This document shows, piece by piece, positions 58,986 through 64,000 of a DNA stretch of 64,000 bases; position 1 is the stretch's first letter; every line of letters starts with the position of its first letter. The position numbers and the translations under genes were made by a program. A model generated the notes under the pieces. It searched no databases. It saw only the letters and a program-made list of their open reading frames with translations, and was not told where the DNA came from. This DNA is from Ignavibacteriota bacterium (GTDB lineage: Bacteria; Bacteroidota; Ignavibacteria; UBA10030), in assembly GCA_003142475.1 (NCBI GenBank), contig PLMK01000006.1:10225-74224 (forward strand), written 5' to 3'.

Positions 58986-60821
58986 ATGATAAAGGTATTT
59001 GGACATAAAGCGCTCTTGTTCATTTTAAACTTTACACTTTGTACTTTTACTCTTGCCCAAGATACTGATAAGCTTGCAAAACTTCGTCTGGCACAGGGAT
59101 TTGAAGAAGCTGGTGAGTGGGAACGTGCAGCAGCTCTCTACGAAGATCTCAGCACCTTAGAGCCGAATAATTTTTTATTCCTCGATGGACTTCAGCGTAG
59201 TTACACGCAAATCAAAGAGTATGGCAAAGCTATCAACGTTATTCGCCGATGGCTGATTTTTCAACCGCAAGATATGAATAAGATGACTACACTCGGCGGA
59301 CTCTATTATGATTCTGGCAACGAAGTAGCTGCCGACTCTGTTTGGAAATCAGTCATTGCCACTAATCCGCATAATTTACAAATTTACCGCGTTGTCGCCA
59401 ATGAAATGTTGCAGCATCGGATGTACGACCAATGTATCCGCATTTATCTTGCGGGGCGTTCGATGACCAAGAGCGACGCAACGTTTGCAGATGAATTAGG
59501 AAATCTTTACGCTGCGCTTCAGCAGTACGCATCTGCATCAAAAGAATATCTCCGTCTCATCAACACAGCGCCGGAACAATTGTCTTTTGTTCAATTGCGT
59601 CTCAGTGCATTTACTACAAAACCGGAAGGCATCAGCGCCGCATCTAAGACCGTTAAGGATGAAATAAGAAACTCACCGGACAATATCGCACTGCATCGAT
59701 TGTATACGTGGCTATTATCAGAGGAACGACGCTACGATGAAGCGTTAGAGCAATATCGCATCATCGATCGTCTCTCTAATGCGAACGGTAACGAACTCTA
59801 CAACTTCGCCCAGAGGCTTCAGCAAGAACGCGCATACAAAACCTCTGCGGAAGCATTTAAAGAAATTATCAATGAACATAAAAATTTGCCTCTTCTCCCA
59901 TATGCACATTTTGGATATGCAAGAGCACTTGAGGAACTGATTGCTCAGACGGATTCGGTGGTATTGTCATCAGAATCGCAGCCAACGTACAATAAACCAA
60001 TTCAATTGTACGAATCGCTCGTCGCCGAATATGCGAATCCAGATCTCACTGCTCAATCATTGTATCGTATTGGCGTTATAAAATTTGACAAACTTTTCGA
60101 CCTCGATGGTGCTCTTAATGCATTCAACCGAATGAATAACGTACCGTCAACATCAAATATTTCCAATGATGCTGTGCTAAAGATAGGTGATATACAGATC
60201 GCGCGGAACGATCTTGCCGAAGCACGGAAAGAATATAACCGGCTTAGCAAGATTTCGCCAGCGATGTATCAAGATCAAGCGGCATTCAAATTAGCGGAAT
60301 TAAATTACTTCGAAGCGAAATTCGATTCAGCGCTATCAATTCTGAAATGGTTTAATACGAATCTCAATACAGACTTGACGAACGATGCGTTGCATCTGCA
60401 ATTCTTTATTCAGGAAAACAATACTTCTGCACCTCAGGCATTAACGGAATTTGCCAAAGCTGACTTGCTGATACGTCAGCATAAATACTCAGAGTCACTT
60501 GTGCAGTTTCAAGATATTGCCAAACATTATTCAACAGCCTTGTTGATGGATGACGCGATGATGAAGATTGGTGAACTGTATCTTTTATTAAAACATCCCA
60601 ACGAAGCAATTGCGGCATTCCACTTTATTGCCGACTCGATTCAGTTGAGCATTCTCAAAGACCGGGCACAGTTTAGAATTGCAGAAATTTATCAAACGAT
60701 ATTAAACAAGAAGACACAAGCGATTGAAGCGTACGAGAAACTGCTGGCACAATTTCCGAATTCTCTTTATGCGGAAGAATCTAGGAAGCGCATACGGTTA
60801 TTGAGGGGAGATAATCTGTAA
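58986..60821 (+). CDS. Exported TPR-repeat protein
   Basis: Signal peptide; many TPR-like units; C-terminal FPNSLYAEESRKRIRLLRGD. Confidence 0.85.
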   Translation: MIKVFGHKALLFILNFTLCTFTLAQDTDKLAKLRLAQGFEEAGEWERAAALYEDLSTLEPNNFLFLDGLQRSYTQIKEYGKAINVIRRWLIFQPQDMNKMTTLGGLYYDSGNEVAADSVWKSVIATNPHNLQIYRVVANEMLQHRMYDQCIRIYLAGRSMTKSDATFADELGNLYAALQQYASASKEYLRLINTAPEQLSFVQLRLSAFTTKPEGISAASKTVKDEIRNSPDNIALHRLYTWLLSEERRYDEALEQYRIIDRLSNANGNELYNFAQRLQQERAYKTSAEAFKEIINEHKNLPLLPYAHFGYARALEELIAQTDSVVLSSESQPTYNKPIQLYESLVAEYANPDLTAQSLYRIGVIKFDKLFDLDGALNAFNRMNNVPSTSNISNDAVLKIGDIQIARNDLAEARKEYNRLSKISPAMYQDQAAFKLAELNYFEAKFDSALSILKWFNTNLNTDLTNDALHLQFFIQENNTSAPQALTEFAKADLLIRQHKYSESLVQFQDIAKHYSTALLMDDAMMKIGELYLLLKHPNEAIAAFHFIADSIQLSILKDRAQFRIAEIYQTILNKKTQAIEAYEKLLAQFPNSLYAEESRKRIRLLRGDNL

Positions 60822-60834
60822 TATCTGAAAGACT

Positions 60835-60888
60835 TGTAGGGACATTCAATTTTTGCCGCCAATCTTTATGGCAGGAAACGTCCCTACA
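60835..60888. repeat. REP-like GTAG palindrome between convergent genes
   Basis: tgtagggac...gtccctaca enclosing an inner gcca/tggc hairpin. Confidence 0.5.
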
Positions 60889-60903
60889 TTGTTATTTCAA
60901 TTA

Positions 60904-62730
60904 TTACGCATGTTCAGTTTCTTTCTTTTTCTTCTTCGCTTCACCGTTTGATTTCCATACAAACAGTCCGCGCTTCTCATATGTCGTGTGTAGAAGATGA
61001 TGGGAAATATGTCCCAGCGGCTCCTTTAAGAATTCTTTATATAATGCCACAACTTCCGGGTTTTCATGTGATTTACGAATCAGTTTATGAGCATCTTCTG
61101 CATAAATGGATTCTGCGCGTTTCTTTCTTATATCCCATGTAGTAGGAATCGGCTGGCCGCCACCGCCAAGGCATCCACCCGGACATGTCATCACTTCAAT
61201 GAATGCATACGGCGATTCACCTTTTTCTATTTGCTCTAAAAGCTTCCGCGCATTGCCCAAGGTGTGTGCGACGGCTACTTTTACTTTTGTGCCGTTCATA
61301 TCAATTTCCGCTTCTTTTATTCCTTCCATTCCACGGACAGAGGTCAAATTGATATTCGCGAGCGGCTTTCCTGTTACGACTTCATATACTGTTCGTAAGG
61401 CAGCTTCCATAACTCCTCCAGTCGCACCGAAGATCACTGCTGCACCGGTGGATTCGCCGATCGGACTGTCAAATTCCTCAGCAGGAAGTCCCGAAAATTG
61501 AATGCCGGATTCTTTGAACATCCGAGCAAGCTCTCTTGTCGTCAAGACATAGTCGACATCATAGAACGCGTCATCATTAGACCATCCTTTTTTATCTTTC
61601 CAATGCTCGAACGCACTCATCATCTCGGGGCGCTTTGCTTCATATTTCTTCGCTGTGCATGGCATAATTGAAACGACGACCATCTTCCGCGGATCGATTC
61701 CCATTTTTGCTGCATAATATGTTTTCGCTACTGATCCGAACATCTGCTGCGGTGATTTGCATGTGGAAAGATAATCAAGGGAATTCGGAAAGAAATGTTC
61801 TGCAAACTTGATCCATCCCGGAGAACATGAGGTAATCATTGGCAGAGTACCTTTATTCGAAAGACGTTTAAGTAATTCATGCCCTTCTTCCATAATGGTA
61901 AGATCGGCAGCAAACTGCGTATCGAAGACTTTATTGAAGCCGAGTCTGCGTAAACCGGCGACCATCTGGCCTGTCACAAGAGCACCGGAATTCATTCCCA
62001 TTGCTTCACCGATACCGACACGAATTGCGGGAGCAGTTTGCACGACAACAACTTTATCCGGATTCATGATATCTTCAAACACTTCATCTGTGTCATCCCG
62101 TTCAACAATAGCTCCGGTGGGACAAACTAACGCACACTGTCCGCAATTAGTACAGGCAACATTCCCAAGCCCTTTTTCCATATAAGTTGAAATCTTCGTT
62201 CTGATACCGCGCCCAGAAAGACCGATCGCATATACTGTTTGAACATTGCCGCAGACGGCAATACATCTGCCGCACAGGATGCACTTGTTCGGATCTCTGA
62301 TGATGGAGGGTGAGGTCTCATCACAGAGTTGTTCTTTTTTGGTTCGGATAAATCGATCTTCTTTCACACCCAAATCAGAAGCGATCGCTTGCAATTCGCA
62401 ATTCTGATTGCGCAAACATGAAAGACAATCTTTTGGGTGATTGGCAAGGATCAATTCGACGTTCGTTTTTCTTGCATCACGGATGCGCGCTGAGTTTGTC
62501 ATAATCTCTGTTCCTTCATGCACACAAGCAGTACAGGAGCGAACAAGCGACCGTGCACCTTTCACTTCAACAACGCAAACTCCGCATGAAGAATTTCTAG
62601 AAACATCTTCGAGATAACAGAGTGTCGGTATTTCAATTCCAGCGCGTTTACAGGCATCGAGGATTGTTATACCATCGGGAGCCTGATAATCGTTACCGTT
62701 AATTTTAATATTGATCATCTTCGTTTCCAT
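60904..62730 (-). CDS. hydA: [FeFe] hydrogenase group A catalytic subunit (HydA/HndD-like)
   Basis: H-cluster motifs TSCSPGW, MPCTAKKYE, EVMTCPGGCLGGGGQP; N-terminal 2Fe-2S, His-ligated 4Fe-4S (HPKDCLSC..NQNC) and 2x4Fe-4S. Confidence 0.95.
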   Translation of the reverse strand: METKMINIKINGNDYQAPDGITILDACKRAGIEIPTLCYLEDVSRNSSCGVCVVEVKGARSLVRSCTACVHEGTEIMTNSARIRDARKTNVELILANHPKDCLSCLRNQNCELQAIASDLGVKEDRFIRTKKEQLCDETSPSIIRDPNKCILCGRCIAVCGNVQTVYAIGLSGRGIRTKISTYMEKGLGNVACTNCGQCALVCPTGAIVERDDTDEVFEDIMNPDKVVVVQTAPAIRVGIGEAMGMNSGALVTGQMVAGLRRLGFNKVFDTQFAADLTIMEEGHELLKRLSNKGTLPMITSCSPGWIKFAEHFFPNSLDYLSTCKSPQQMFGSVAKTYYAAKMGIDPRKMVVVSIMPCTAKKYEAKRPEMMSAFEHWKDKKGWSNDDAFYDVDYVLTTRELARMFKESGIQFSGLPAEEFDSPIGESTGAAVIFGATGGVMEAALRTVYEVVTGKPLANINLTSVRGMEGIKEAEIDMNGTKVKVAVAHTLGNARKLLEQIEKGESPYAFIEVMTCPGGCLGGGGQPIPTTWDIRKKRAESIYAEDAHKLIRKSHENPEVVALYKEFLKEPLGHISHHLLHTTYEKRGLFVWKSNGEAKKKKKETEHA

Positions 62731-62739
62731 GGTATCCTC

Positions 62740-63999
62740 TCAATTATCCTGTTCTTCGTGGCATTTGACATCACATCGCAGACAGCGAGCCGCTTCCTGC
62801 AATGCTTCTTCTCCGGAATATCCGGCGAGAACTTCCTGGAAACTTGAAATTCGTTCCTTGATAGGAAGTTTTTTCGGATTGATTTTTTTGCCGCCTTCGG
62901 GTTCAGGAATCACTTCATCTTTATATTTGAAATCCCTGAATAACCGATGAAATCGTTTCTCCTTCATCAAATCAATATCGATTGCTTCTGCTGCTTGGCG
63001 GGCAAGTCCCATGGCTTCAGATACCGTTGCCGGACCGGTCACCGCATCGCCGCCAGCATAGACCTTCGGCAAGTTGGTACGGCAGTTTGGCTGCTGTACC
63101 TTAATCGAGCCGTTCTTCCGGAGTTCCAGGCCGATTTCCTTTGCGGGTTCAAATTCAACTTTCTCACCAACGGAAAGAATAATCGTGTTACATTCCAGAA
63201 TTGCCGTCTCACCAGTTTCTATAGGTTTCTTTCTTCCGGTATTATCGAAGCCGTCAAATCTCATTTTGTGAATTTCAAGACCTGTCACTCTTCCTTTTAT
63301 ATCACCGATGACTTGATGGGGCGCTGACAAAAACATAAATCGGATATTTTCGTCTATGGCATCTTTAATTTCGTGTGCATTCGCCGGCATTTCGTCTTTA
63401 TCGCGGCGATAGACGATTGTTACATCGGCACCGAGCCGCAGACATGAACGTGCTGCATCGATTGCCACATTTCCGGCACCGACTACGACCACCTTCTTTC
63501 CAAGGTGAAGCTTCTTGCCGCTGGCAAATTCCTCAAGAAATTCATAGCCTTGAATAACTCCGGCAAGTTGTCGGCCCGGAATATTAAGATCAATATCTTT
63601 TTGAGCACCAATAGCTATGAAGACAGCATCGTTCTGCTTTTGCAGGTTTTTGAAGGAAAGTTCTTTGCCAATACGCGTGTTGAAAACAAATTTCACTCCC
63701 AGCTTTTTGAATAGTTCGAGTTCCTTATTAAGACCATCCTTTGGCAGACGATATGCCGGAATTCCGTATTGCAGAATTCCACCAGCCTTTGCATGATTAT
63801 CATAGATTGTAACGCTGTGACCAAGACGAACAAGAAAATATGCTGCTGTCAATCCGGCCGGTCCCGCGCCAACAATAGCAACTTTCTTCCCTGTAGGTGA
63901 TAGTTTTTCTTTTATCAGCCGCTGATAAATTTCTCGTTCCTTGCCCATCTTGTACATCGTATCTGCAAGGTAGCGGTGAATATCGCCTTGTGAAACCGG
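62740..63999 (-). CDS. GltD/NfnB-like FAD/NAD(P)H oxidoreductase, hydrogenase partner (5' part outside window)
   Basis: Frame stays open to the edge (PVSQGDIHRYLADT-M); GAGPAG, YGIPAYRLP, GAGNVA, YRR, AGGDAVTGP, EAARCLRCD. Confidence 0.88.
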   Translation of the reverse strand, partial: PVSQGDIHRYLADTMYKMGKEREIYQRLIKEKLSPTGKKVAIVGAGPAGLTAAYFLVRLGHSVTIYDNHAKAGGILQYGIPAYRLPKDGLNKELELFKKLGVKFVFNTRIGKELSFKNLQKQNDAVFIAIGAQKDIDLNIPGRQLAGVIQGYEFLEEFASGKKLHLGKKVVVVGAGNVAIDAARSCLRLGADVTIVYRRDKDEMPANAHEIKDAIDENIRFMFLSAPHQVIGDIKGRVTGLEIHKMRFDGFDNTGRKKPIETGETAILECNTIILSVGEKVEFEPAKEIGLELRKNGSIKVQQPNCRTNLPKVYAGGDAVTGPATVSEAMGLARQAAEAIDIDLMKEKRFHRLFRDFKYKDEVIPEPEGGKKINPKKLPIKERISSFQEVLAGYSGEEALQEAARCLRCDVKCHEEQDN

Positions 64000-64000
64000 A

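Overview
A 64-kb stretch of gene-dense bacterial chromosome, probably from an anaerobic Ignavibacteria-like (FCB group) organism. This is inferred from two T9SS C-terminal sorting domains (NYPNPFNP motif), Shine-Dalgarno-led genes, a [FeFe] hydrogenase and a 2-oxoacid:ferredoxin oxidoreductase. Housekeeping and metabolic genes include hpnC (partial), hpnD, gltA, ettA, hemG/hemY, ald, a CoA transferase, a four-subunit 2-oxoacid:ferredoxin oxidoreductase, malic enzyme, rseP, dxr, and hydA with a GltD-like partner cut by the right edge. Five things stand out. (1) A minus-strand cluster at 28973-38583 that could encode a full inner-membrane-to-surface electron conduit: NapC/NirT-like heptaheme, c554-like tetraheme, beta-barrel, 14-heme cytochrome, two multiheme lipoproteins and an adjacent CcmF-type heme lyase, with 38 heme motifs in total, 4 of them non-canonical. 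(2) An envelope module with a duplicated 59-bp phased direct-repeat operator next to an OmpR-family two-component system. (3) A kinase-less beta-propeller sensor gene bracketed by a 98-bp duplication of the 3' end of the neighbouring EamA gene. (4) A 2.93-kb IS1595 element with passenger ORFs and IR-like sites over its own promoter. (5) A FecR / outer-membrane protein / CHASE2 adenylate cyclase cluster. I saw no CRISPR array, rRNA or convincing tRNA. All calls come from motif recognition by eye; no database searches were run.
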